Shown here piece after piece: positions 1-8,556 of a stretch of 51,108 nucleotides of DNA; the stretch's first letter is position 1; every line of letters begins with the position of its first letter. The translations under genes were made by a program, and so were the position numbers. This DNA comes from an uncultured Thermoplasmatales archaeon (lineage in GTDB: Archaea > Thermoplasmatota > E2 > UBA202 > JdFR-43), in contig CBEXJS010000003.1 of the NCBI GenBank assembly GCA_965563795.1, positions 1 through 51,108 on the forward strand, written 5' to 3'. The notes beneath the pieces were generated by a model. It had not been told where the DNA came from. It made no database searches and saw only the letters and a list, made by a program, of their open reading frames with translations.

Positions 1-57
1 ACAATACAAAGCTTTGTTTTACTTGGTGACCCAACCCTAAAAATAGGAGGTTACTAA
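1..57 (+). CDS. 3' end of a probable peptidase C25 (gingipain-like) family protein, partial
   Basis: Frame 1 reads TIQSFVLLGDPTLKIGGY-stop; LLGDP is the typical C25 C-terminal motif. Confidence 0.6.
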   Translation, partial: TIQSFVLLGDPTLKIGGY

Positions 58-59
58 GT

Positions 60-569
60 TTGAGCATTTACGAAAGGGAGCTTAGGGAGATACTGGCTGG
101 CAATGAAAAAATCATTGAGAAAGTTGTTAAAAGCTTGAGTGAAGAAGAAAAGGGAAAATATAAAAAAATTTTGAAAAAGCCGTTTATAACGGTAAGAGCT
201 GCTGGCTCATTAGGCATAGCAGATATTGTGGCATTGAGAGGCGATATATCCTTTATTGTTGAGATAAAAGTAAGAAAAGGAAGCGAAATACTCTTTAGCC
301 ATGAAGGAGGAAGAATGCAAAAAAAGGCAGAGGAGATGAAAAGAAAATGCACCATGGCAAGCATTCTTCCAATTTTTGCTTTCAGGAGAAAAGGAATAAG
401 AGGAGATGCATGGAGAATATTTACAATGGAAATTGATGGAATGAAAGGAAAGGGAAGGGAAATATATGATGTATTGCCAAAGCTTGAAATAACAAAAGAT
501 GGAAATTTTAGAATGAAATGGGAAAATGGAATGAAATTAGCAGATTTTATAGATATGATATGTGATTAA
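60..569 (+). CDS. hjc: Archaeal Holliday junction resolvase
   Basis: YERELR...VRAAGS..DIVA...VEIK, a PD-(D/E)xK pattern typical of Hjc; TTG start. Confidence 0.85.
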   Translation: MSIYERELREILAGNEKIIEKVVKSLSEEEKGKYKKILKKPFITVRAAGSLGIADIVALRGDISFIVEIKVRKGSEILFSHEGGRMQKKAEEMKRKCTMASILPIFAFRRKGIRGDAWRIFTMEIDGMKGKGREIYDVLPKLEITKDGNFRMKWENGMKLADFIDMICD

Positions 570-662
570 AATAGGTTGAAAAATTAATGAATAAATTAAT
601 GAATAAAATGTTGCCACAATTATTCCATGCAAACATTGCAATGACAACCTATTCTTTTATTT

Positions 663-762
663 GGGGATTATCGAAATACAATGAAAATGAAAGTCGTCTT
701 AGTTATTTTCTTCCATATAACAATAGCCAATGGCAACCATTTCTTTCATTTTTTGACGAACC
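663..762. repeat. MITE-like dispersed repeat copy
   Basis: Shares the family core (..TTCCAT..AATAGCCAATGGCAA..TTTCATTT) and the right end TTTTGACGAACC. Confidence 0.65.
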
Positions 763-807
763 GTTTTATTTGATATCTTCATTAAGATAAAAATTTTAAA
801 ATTAATT

Positions 808-1920
808 TTGTTTTTAAATATGCAACCAAAAATTGGATGTTTTATAATACCTTTTCTTTTAATTTTACCGGTTAGTCCTATTGAATGGAGTGTAAATATT
901 TCAATGCCTTTCAGTATTGATTATGGAATAGTTATGAAAAAAGTTTATGATGGATATATTGCTCTGGTAAGTAGTTTTAACTTACTGGAAAATAAATCAT
1001 ATGGTAGAATAATAAAAATAGACAGGGGAGGAAATATAGAATGGGAAAATAAATTTTTAACAGATGGCAATGGAAATATGGGAATTTGTACTCAAAATAA
1101 TAGCTATATCATTCTTTTTAGTTGTAATGGCAAAGCGTGTTTAACAAAACTAAATAAAAATGGAAAAATAGAATGGAATAAAAGTTATGAATTTTTATTC
1201 TCCATTAAAGCTTCAAGATATATAATAAATGTTAATGGAAATCTCATTTTCTCTCTTCACAATCTTGATATAGATGAAGAATCAATAATTGTAAAAACAG
1301 ATGGCAATGGAAATATTTTATGGAAGAAATATTTCAATTATTCTACAGGTATTGTTGGATTAGAAGACGGATACGTTGTTATTGAACAACCAATAACATT
1401 TTGTAGGAATTATAGTCTGTTATTCAAGTACGATTTTAATGATATACTCTTATGGAAGAAAAGGATAGATGGAATAGGATATTCTATATATCCAGCTATA
1501 AATGGCTTTATCCTGTATCATAATCATACATGTATTAAATTTGATAAGAGAGGAAATAAGGAATGGGAAAAAGAGTTTGAGAAAGGAATAGAAATTTCAT
1601 CATGTAGTATTGCTAAAAATGGCTATTTATTAGCTGGAACAAAAACATTTCCAAAGATTGAGGGCATTTTAATAAAATTAGATGAAAATGGAAATGAAAT
1701 ATGGAGAAAAACTTATTTCACGCGTTGTAATATTGGCATATTTATATTGAGAAATGTTGGATTTTTATATGCAGAGGAAGTGAATGATAGCATTATAGGC
1801 ATGTTGTATATAGATGCAGAGCCAAATGCAATTTTTGTCTATTTTCCTCCATTCTTTATTCTTCTAACATGGCTTTCCTTTATAGAAACAGATGTTGTTG
1901 TGGTAAAGATACATGTGTAA
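808..1920 (+). CDS. Exported beta-propeller-like repeat protein
   Basis: Hydrophobic N-terminus and repeated K.D.NGN..W.K blades. Confidence 0.6.
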   Translation: MFLNMQPKIGCFIIPFLLILPVSPIEWSVNISMPFSIDYGIVMKKVYDGYIALVSSFNLLENKSYGRIIKIDRGGNIEWENKFLTDGNGNMGICTQNNSYIILFSCNGKACLTKLNKNGKIEWNKSYEFLFSIKASRYIINVNGNLIFSLHNLDIDEESIIVKTDGNGNILWKKYFNYSTGIVGLEDGYVVIEQPITFCRNYSLLFKYDFNDILLWKKRIDGIGYSIYPAINGFILYHNHTCIKFDKRGNKEWEKEFEKGIEISSCSIAKNGYLLAGTKTFPKIEGILIKLDENGNEIWRKTYFTRCNIGIFILRNVGFLYAEEVNDSIIGMLYIDAEPNAIFVYFPPFFILLTWLSFIETDVVVVKIHV

Positions 1921-3210
1921 TTATTTCCTTTTATCTATGACGCGCTTTGCTTTTCCTTCATGTCTGGGTAGTGTATCAGGGTCTAAAACTTCTACCTTAG
2001 CATTCAAAGTAGTTATAATCCTTATTTCTTTTTTTAATTCCTCTGCTATTTTTTTCTTTTCTTCCTCGCTATATTTTTCTTTAGATTCAACTTGCACGAT
2101 TAATTCATCCATATCTCCTTTTTTATCGATGATCATGAGCCATTCACTTCCAACTTTGCTATTTTTCATTATCGCTTCTTCAATCTGGCTAGGAAATACA
2201 TTAGTTCCTTTTACAATAACCATGTCATCGCTCCTCCCCTTTATAGGAGCATGTTTTATATGGGTGCGTCCACAATTGCACAAGCCATCATAAATGAAAG
2301 TAATATCTCTTGTTCTATACCTAATTACAGGCATTCCTTCTTTAGTTAAAGTAGTCAAAACAAGCTCTCCTTCCTCCTCTTTTTCCAGCCTTTCTCCTGT
2401 CTTTGGATCTATAATCTCAGCCAGAAAATGATCCTCCCATAAATGTAAGCCATCATGTTCATCACAATCTGCTGAAACGCCAGGGCCACACATTTCAGTT
2501 AGTCCATATATATCATGAACATCCATATCCCAGGTTTCCATAATTCTTTTTTTCATTTCTTTGGTAAACATTTCTGCCCCAAAAATTCCATTTCTAACAC
2601 TAAGCTCAGAAGGCTCTATTCCCATTTTTTTGGCAACACTTGCCAAATGCATTGCATAAGAGGCTATTCCAGCTATGAAAGTAACGTTATAATATTTCAT
2701 TAACCTTATCTGCCTTTCAGAATCTCCCTTTCCAGTTGGAACAATTAAAGCTCCTATTTTCTGCCCGCCATAATGAAATCCAAATGCTCCAGTAAATGTT
2801 CCATATGGGATAGGAATCTGAAAAATATCTTTTTTAGTTAATCCAGCCATAGCTAAGCAACGAGCCATAACTTCCGCCCACACTTCTAAATCATGTCTTG
2901 TATAGCAAACTGTAACTGGCTCACCTGTTGTGCCAGAAGAAGCATGTAATTCAACATATTCTTCCATTGGCAACGCAAGCAATCCAAAAGGAGCATTTTT
3001 ACGCAGATCATCTTTTGTTGTAAAAGGAATCTTCTCTATATCTTCTAACTTTTTTATATCCTCAGGCTTTACTCCTGCTGAATCGAATTTCTCCCTATAA
3101 AAAGGAACATTATCATAGGCATATCTTATGATTTTTTTAAGCCTCTTTAACTGCAATTCTTCAAGCTTTTTCCTTGGCATTTTTTCCATTTTTGGATTAA
3201 ACATATGCAT
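1921..3210 (-). CDS. paaK: Phenylacetate--CoA ligase family protein (copy 1)
   Basis: HASSGTTG P-loop, YGLTE, RYRTRD, GRSDDM, GKAKRV. Confidence 0.9.
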   Translation of the reverse strand: MHMFNPKMEKMPRKKLEELQLKRLKKIIRYAYDNVPFYREKFDSAGVKPEDIKKLEDIEKIPFTTKDDLRKNAPFGLLALPMEEYVELHASSGTTGEPVTVCYTRHDLEVWAEVMARCLAMAGLTKKDIFQIPIPYGTFTGAFGFHYGGQKIGALIVPTGKGDSERQIRLMKYYNVTFIAGIASYAMHLASVAKKMGIEPSELSVRNGIFGAEMFTKEMKKRIMETWDMDVHDIYGLTEMCGPGVSADCDEHDGLHLWEDHFLAEIIDPKTGERLEKEEEGELVLTTLTKEGMPVIRYRTRDITFIYDGLCNCGRTHIKHAPIKGRSDDMVIVKGTNVFPSQIEEAIMKNSKVGSEWLMIIDKKGDMDELIVQVESKEKYSEEEKKKIAEELKKEIRIITTLNAKVEVLDPDTLPRHEGKAKRVIDKRK

Positions 3211-3284
3211 TTATCATTGCCAAATATAAATTATTTACGAGTAAAAATGAAGAAAAATTTAATGAAAAAGGTTTCTACTGCCTA

Positions 3285-3455
3285 GGGTGCATCGAATAAA
3301 TGAAAGAGTAGTATCAATACTATTATTGCGTGTAAGAGAATGTAACACCCCCCTCAGAATTTGATGAAAAAATAAAATGAAATGGAATGTTGTTATGGTA
3401 TATCTCCCCATGTGATTAATAGTCAATAGCAATATTTTTACTTATTCAACGACTC
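3285..3455. repeat. Two adjacent degenerate MITE-like copies
   Basis: 3358-3455 closely matches 47773-47874 (AAAATGAAATGGAATGTTGTTATG..CCCCATGTGAT..TTCAACGA); 3285-3352 is a shorter opposite-orientation copy. Confidence 0.6.
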
Positions 3456-3673
3456 TTCTTTTTCATTATTTATTTTTAATAGACTTTATAAAAATGAAAG
3501 AAAAAATTAACTATTTATTGCAGAGGAATTCATATAACAATACTTTTTCATCATAGAATTTATAATTAAATGAAAAAAAGCATGCCATTTGCATAAAAGA
3601 AATTGTAACAAAGCTTTTTATTCATTTATTCCAAATTCCGAAATTATTTCATTCTCATTAAAGATAACAATTT

Positions 3674-4125
3674 ATGAAATGGAAAGAAAAAATGGAGAAG
3701 AAAGATTTGCCTAAAATTGTTGAAGTGCCAGAGAAATGGAAGAAAAGATATGTGAAGGAAAAATGGTTATTCCAGCTCCAAAAGAAGTCATGAAAATAAT
3801 GGAAAAAATCCCAAAAGGAAAAGTTATAACTGTTAAGGAAATAAGAGAAGTTTTAGCTAAAAAACATGGTGTAGATATAGCATGTCCTTTAACAACTGGA
3901 ATTTTTATATGGATTGTTGCCAATATGGCAGAGGAAGAAAAGAAAAATATTCCTTACTGGAGAACTTTAAAATCAAATGGGCAATTAAATGAAAAATATC
4001 TTGGAGGGGTAGAAAAACAAAGAGAAAAGCTTGAAGAAGAGGGACATAAAATAATTAAGAAAGGAAAGAAATATGTTGTTGTAGATTATGAAAAGAAGTT
4101 ATTTATTCCAACTCCATTTCCATGA
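3674..4125 (+). pseudogene. MGMT/alkyltransferase-like (ATL) DNA-binding protein, frameshifted near 3752
   Basis: MKWKEKMEKKDLPKIVEVPEKWKKRY (ATG 3674) joins the 3736 ORF (GEGKMVIPAP..IPKGKVIT..PYWR) if one G is restored in TATGTGAA. PYWR replaces the catalytic PCHR. Confidence 0.7.
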
Positions 4126-4513
4126 GATTGTCTTTCTTTACTCTTTTTATTTGTAGTTTTTCCAAAACATAAAGAACAATTTCATTTACTACCTTAACTT
4201 TTCCTTCCAACAAATGTCCTCCTTTTATAACATGATTTTTACAAGCCAAAGCTACGTGAGCATGAATTACTGGCTCATTTTCATGTATGCCTATATTCCC
4301 CTGTAACGAAACGAGTTCAGCTGGCTCTTCTATTTTCTTTTTTAGATATTCCTTGCCGTTAAAATAGCCAATGACAGCATCTTCAAGCATTCCTATTCCA
4401 TTTATGATTATAGCAGATTTTATGCTATGTTCTTTGGCTAAATTCCTCAAATTTTGAATAATCTCTCCCTCTATAAACTTCGCTACAATAAAATTTCCTT
4501 CCTTTCCAATCAT
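4103..4513 (-). CDS. PPC domain (DUF296) protein
   Basis: GIGML, ELVSLQGNI, HAH, GGHL motifs. Confidence 0.9.
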   Translation of the reverse strand: MIGKEGNFIVAKFIEGEIIQNLRNLAKEHSIKSAIIINGIGMLEDAVIGYFNGKEYLKKKIEEPAELVSLQGNIGIHENEPVIHAHVALACKNHVIKGGHLLEGKVKVVNEIVLYVLEKLQIKRVKKDNLMEMELE

Positions 4514-4688
4514 GAAAATGAATTGTTTAAAGAAAGAAAAAGTTTTAGAAAAAATTAATGAAGAAATGTTTTGTAAGCAACTTTTCTAACAATATCAACA
4601 ATGATAACAAACTTTACTTGTTTGGCATCAATATTATTTCTAATTTTTAGCAAAATCAACAAGCTTTTTAATCAATTTTCTTTCTCAT

Positions 4689-5735
4689 TTGGGGGATAAC
4701 ATTTTAGGAATAATTGATAAGATAATGCCATATATAACAGGTTTATGGACATTACCATGGATAGTTGTTGGTTTTGTAGCAAATATTATTTTAACAAGAA
4801 TTTATGGAGAGGAAAAGATAAGCAAAGCGCTTAAAAAAGCTGGGCTCATTCTTTTATTCATCTTTATTCCAATTTTGCTTTTTAAACTCTTCCTAAATGT
4901 CCATTTTGGCGAAGAAGAGATAGATTTTGTAATTGTTTCTTCTGCTGTAATGGCTTTCCTTTATGTTATTGCCTATTTTTTTGCTATTTCAAAAGTCAAA
5001 AAAGTTTGTAAAGAGGATGAGCAAACAGAATTTTTGAAAACAGTAATAGTCAATCAGGGAAGAAGCGCCGCCTTTGTTGGAGGGGCGATGCTTGCTTTTA
5101 AAAAAATAGCAATACCTGCTGCCATTTATATAAGTCTGCTTGGCATTTATTTATTTGCTGCCATCCCATATATACTCTCATATTTGCATAAAAGAGAAGT
5201 TCATAAAAAGGAAAAGAGCCCTTTGCCACTTTATTTGAGAGTGTATCCATGGTATCTAATAATATTTCCAATAACTGCGACTTTACTCCATAAATATTAT
5301 GGAATTACTACGTCATCCTTAGAGTTTGGAAAATTACTTGAGTTTTTTGCAGCAATAACAATTCCAGCAGCCCTATACTATGTTGGAGCTAGCATAAAAT
5401 ATAAGGATCTTCATATTAATGAACTCAAAAAGTTAATATATGCTCATAAAGGAGAAATGGCATGGGTTAGAGAAATCTTAATAATGACCATTATAATCAC
5501 TCCAGTTATAATTGCAATTATTTTTGGAACACTATTTATTTTAAATTTAATTCCTGCAGAATGGTTCATCGTTTTATTTTTAAATTCGATTTTGCCAATA
5601 ACAAGTACAAATATGTTTCTCATTCCTTATGGCATAAATAGAAGAGTAACTGCATTAGCTGTTACATGGTCAACAGTAATTTCAATACCACTCTTTATCT
5701 TATTTATGAATATCTTTTCTTATTTCTTAATGTAA
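4689..5735 (+). CDS. Multi-pass membrane permease, AEC (auxin efflux carrier)-like
   Basis: About 10 hydrophobic segments; IPAALYYVG and LP.TS patterns. Confidence 0.6.
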   Translation: MGDNILGIIDKIMPYITGLWTLPWIVVGFVANIILTRIYGEEKISKALKKAGLILLFIFIPILLFKLFLNVHFGEEEIDFVIVSSAVMAFLYVIAYFFAISKVKKVCKEDEQTEFLKTVIVNQGRSAAFVGGAMLAFKKIAIPAAIYISLLGIYLFAAIPYILSYLHKREVHKKEKSPLPLYLRVYPWYLIIFPITATLLHKYYGITTSSLEFGKLLEFFAAITIPAALYYVGASIKYKDLHINELKKLIYAHKGEMAWVREILIMTIIITPVIIAIIFGTLFILNLIPAEWFIVLFLNSILPITSTNMFLIPYGINRRVTALAVTWSTVISIPLFILFMNIFSYFLM

Positions 5736-7022
5736 TTATTCCTCTACAATTCTTTTTGCTTTCCCCTCACTTCTTGGCAATGTATTTGGCTTAACTATTT
5801 CAACAGGAATGCGCAAATTCAATATTGCATAAATTTCCTCCTCAATTTTCCTTGCCAAATCATCTAAGTTTCCTTCCCTATATCTTTCCTCTGTTGGCTC
5901 CACTCTAACAATCAATGTAGTCATTTCCTTTTCCTTTTTCTTCACAAGCTGATAGTTCCCGCTAACTCCTTCAACTTTCATCATTGCTTCTTCAATCTGG
6001 CTAGGAAAAACAATAACACCCTTTACTTTCATCATGTCATCGCTTCTTCCTTTTATGCGAGTTTGTATAGGCAATGTTCGCCCGCAATCACAAGGCTCTT
6101 CCATATATCCAGCAATATCTCTCGTTCTAAAGCGAATTGCTGGAAATGCCTCTTTTGTTAAAGTTGTGAAAACTAACTCTCCCTCTTCTCCAGGCTCCAG
6201 CCTTTCTCCTGTCTTTGGATCTATAATCTCAGCCAGAAAATGATCCGCATTTATATGAAGCTTCTTTTCCTCACATTCTGTAACTACTCCCGGCCCTATT
6301 ATTTCTGTTAGCCCATAATGTTCATGAGCAACAATTCCCCATGTTTCCTCTATTTTTTTCCTCATTTCATCGCTCCATGCTTCAGCTCCAAATAAGCCCA
6401 AACGAAGCTTGAAATCTTTATTTGGCTCATATCCCATTTGCTTTGCTACCTCTGCCATATATAAAGCATAAGAAGGAGTGCATGCTAAGGCTGTTGTTCC
6501 AAAATCTTTCATTATATTGATTTGCCTCTTTGTATTTCCAGAGCTTGTTGGAACAACTAAAGCCCCTATTTTCTGAGCACCTTTTTCAAATCCATGAGCT
6601 CCAGTAAATAAACCATATCCATATGCATTCTGCAAAACATCTCCCCTTCTTAGTCCATTAGCCCATAAAGAACGAGCCATAACATCAGCCCACACTTCCA
6701 AATCATTTTTTGTGTACACCGCCACAACTGGCTTTCCTGTTGTGCCTGAGGAAGCATGCACTTCTACGCAATCTTCCAGTTCAACGCATACCAAACCAAA
6801 AGGATAATAATGGCGGAGTTCATCTTTTGTTAAGAATGGAATCTTTTCCAAATCATCTAAACTCTTTATATCATCTGGCTTAATTCCAGCAGAATCAAAT
6901 TTTTTATGGTATATCTCATTATTTTCATAAGCATGCTTTATTACTTTTTTAAGTCTCTTTAACTGCAATTCCTTTAAATCCTTTAAAGACATTGTTTCTA
7001 TTTTTTCATCCCAGAATTTCAT
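5736..7022 (-). CDS. paaK: Phenylacetate--CoA ligase family protein (copy 2)
   Basis: HASSGTTGKP, YGYGLFTG, CTPSYA, YGLTE, RFRTRD, GRSDDM. Confidence 0.9.
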   Translation of the reverse strand: MKFWDEKIETMSLKDLKELQLKRLKKVIKHAYENNEIYHKKFDSAGIKPDDIKSLDDLEKIPFLTKDELRHYYPFGLVCVELEDCVEVHASSGTTGKPVVAVYTKNDLEVWADVMARSLWANGLRRGDVLQNAYGYGLFTGAHGFEKGAQKIGALVVPTSSGNTKRQINIMKDFGTTALACTPSYALYMAEVAKQMGYEPNKDFKLRLGLFGAEAWSDEMRKKIEETWGIVAHEHYGLTEIIGPGVVTECEEKKLHINADHFLAEIIDPKTGERLEPGEEGELVFTTLTKEAFPAIRFRTRDIAGYMEEPCDCGRTLPIQTRIKGRSDDMMKVKGVIVFPSQIEEAMMKVEGVSGNYQLVKKKEKEMTTLIVRVEPTEERYREGNLDDLARKIEEEIYAILNLRIPVEIVKPNTLPRSEGKAKRIVEE

Positions 7023-7255
7023 GCTGATAAATGAAAATGCAATATAAAAAATTTAAAGGAAAAATGAATGAATTTGATGCCATTTCTTGCTAGTCTCAAA
7101 AATGAGAATTCATTGTAGCAAAATTACCAATGAAAATTGTTAGCAAATTTTCCCCTGCCAATGAGACAAACCGCAACGCAACAATTTCTTCTTTCTCTAT
7201 TTTATTTATACATAGTTTATCCACAACATTTTAAAAATAAGAAAATATTCAAAAC

Positions 7256-8374
7256 ATGCCAAAGCTAAAATATGCTAAGCCATATTACCTCAACTTGACA
7301 CAACAGCCATTAGGGGGAACTTCATTCAAAAATTGGCTTCGATTGCTAGTAGAGAATAAATTTAGAATAGACTGGCAATTTATACCAAGAGCAATATATG
7401 TTACTTTGCTTATCCTTTCTTTAACCCCCTTTAGAATAAAAGAAAAAAGAAAAATTGAAGAGAAATTAAAGGATGTAAAAATCGTTCCGCCTCTTTTTAT
7501 TGTAGGGCATTTTAGAAGCGGAACAACTTTCCTGCATTATTTAATGGGACAGGATAAAAGTTTGGCATATGTTTCAACTTTTGAAACAATGGCGCCTTGG
7601 GTACTTTTAAATGAAAAGCTTAGGAAGCTTGTTGAGGAAAGATTGCCAGAAAAGCGCCCAATGGACGATTTAGAAATGGAAGCTGGTCTGCCCTATGAGG
7701 AAGAATATGCAATAGCAAATTTGTGCCCATACTCTTTTTATCATGGATGGTATTTTCCCAAAAGAATTTTTGATTATTTTAGGAAGTACGTTCTTTTTGA
7801 AGGAGTAAGTAATGAAATAAAAGAGGAATGGAAATACTGGTATGAATACTTACTTAAAAAAATTACATTGAAACACGATGGAAAGAGGATTTTGCTAAAG
7901 AGTCCAGTTAATACAGGAAGAATAAAATTATTGTTAGAAATATTTCCAGACGCAAAATTCATTCATATTTATAGGAATCCATATAAAGTTTATCTTTCAA
8001 CTTGGCGACTTTATGAAAAAATATTACCAATATTTTCCTTTCAGCATGTTGAGAAAGAAAAAATCGATAGGCTTATAATAGAATTTTACAAGGAAGTTTA
8101 TAAAAGATATTTTAAGGAGAGGGAGCTTATACCAGAAGGAAATTTAGTAGAAATAAGTTATGAAGAATTTGTTAAAGAGCCTTTAAAAAAATTGAGATGG
8201 ATTTATGAAGAATTAGGATTGGATGGATTTGAAAAAGCAAAACCATATTTTGAAAAGTATATTGAAAAACACAAAAATTACAAGCCTCATGGTTGTCTGA
8301 TAACAGATAAAATTAAAGAAAAGATATACAAAGAATGGAAATTTGCTTTTGAAAAACTGGGTTATGAAAAATAA
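7256..8374 (+). CDS. Sulfotransferase family protein
   Basis: FIVGHFRSGTT 5'-PSB loop, LLKSP, FIHIYRNP 3'-PB motif, YEEFV..P. Confidence 0.85.
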   Translation: MPKLKYAKPYYLNLTQQPLGGTSFKNWLRLLVENKFRIDWQFIPRAIYVTLLILSLTPFRIKEKRKIEEKLKDVKIVPPLFIVGHFRSGTTFLHYLMGQDKSLAYVSTFETMAPWVLLNEKLRKLVEERLPEKRPMDDLEMEAGLPYEEEYAIANLCPYSFYHGWYFPKRIFDYFRKYVLFEGVSNEIKEEWKYWYEYLLKKITLKHDGKRILLKSPVNTGRIKLLLEIFPDAKFIHIYRNPYKVYLSTWRLYEKILPIFSFQHVEKEKIDRLIIEFYKEVYKRYFKERELIPEGNLVEISYEEFVKEPLKKLRWIYEELGLDGFEKAKPYFEKYIEKHKNYKPHGCLITDKIKEKIYKEWKFAFEKLGYEK

Positions 8375-8390
8375 AATTTAAGATTAAAAT

Positions 8391-8492
8391 GGGTTTGTTG
8401 AACAAATAGAAGAATTGGCTATCATTGGTTATTATTGCATGGAAGAGAATTTACTATGACACATCCTATTTCATTTAATTTTCGACAGACCC
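8391..8492. mobile_element. MITE with imperfect terminal inverted repeats and a 9-bp target-site duplication
   Basis: Starts GGGTTTGTTGAA, ends TTCGACAGACCC; GATTAAAAT on both flanks (8382-8390, 8493-8501). Confidence 0.8.
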
Positions 8493-8556
8493 GATTAAAA
8501 TGCAACAAAATCATTTCCATTATAAAATTTTTATATCATTTGAAATTTTTTTGCAT

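Noticed and set aside
7256-8374. Sulfotransferase functionally linked to the island PAPS-reductase
   Set aside because: It lies outside the att sites in host context; only the PAPS theme is shared.
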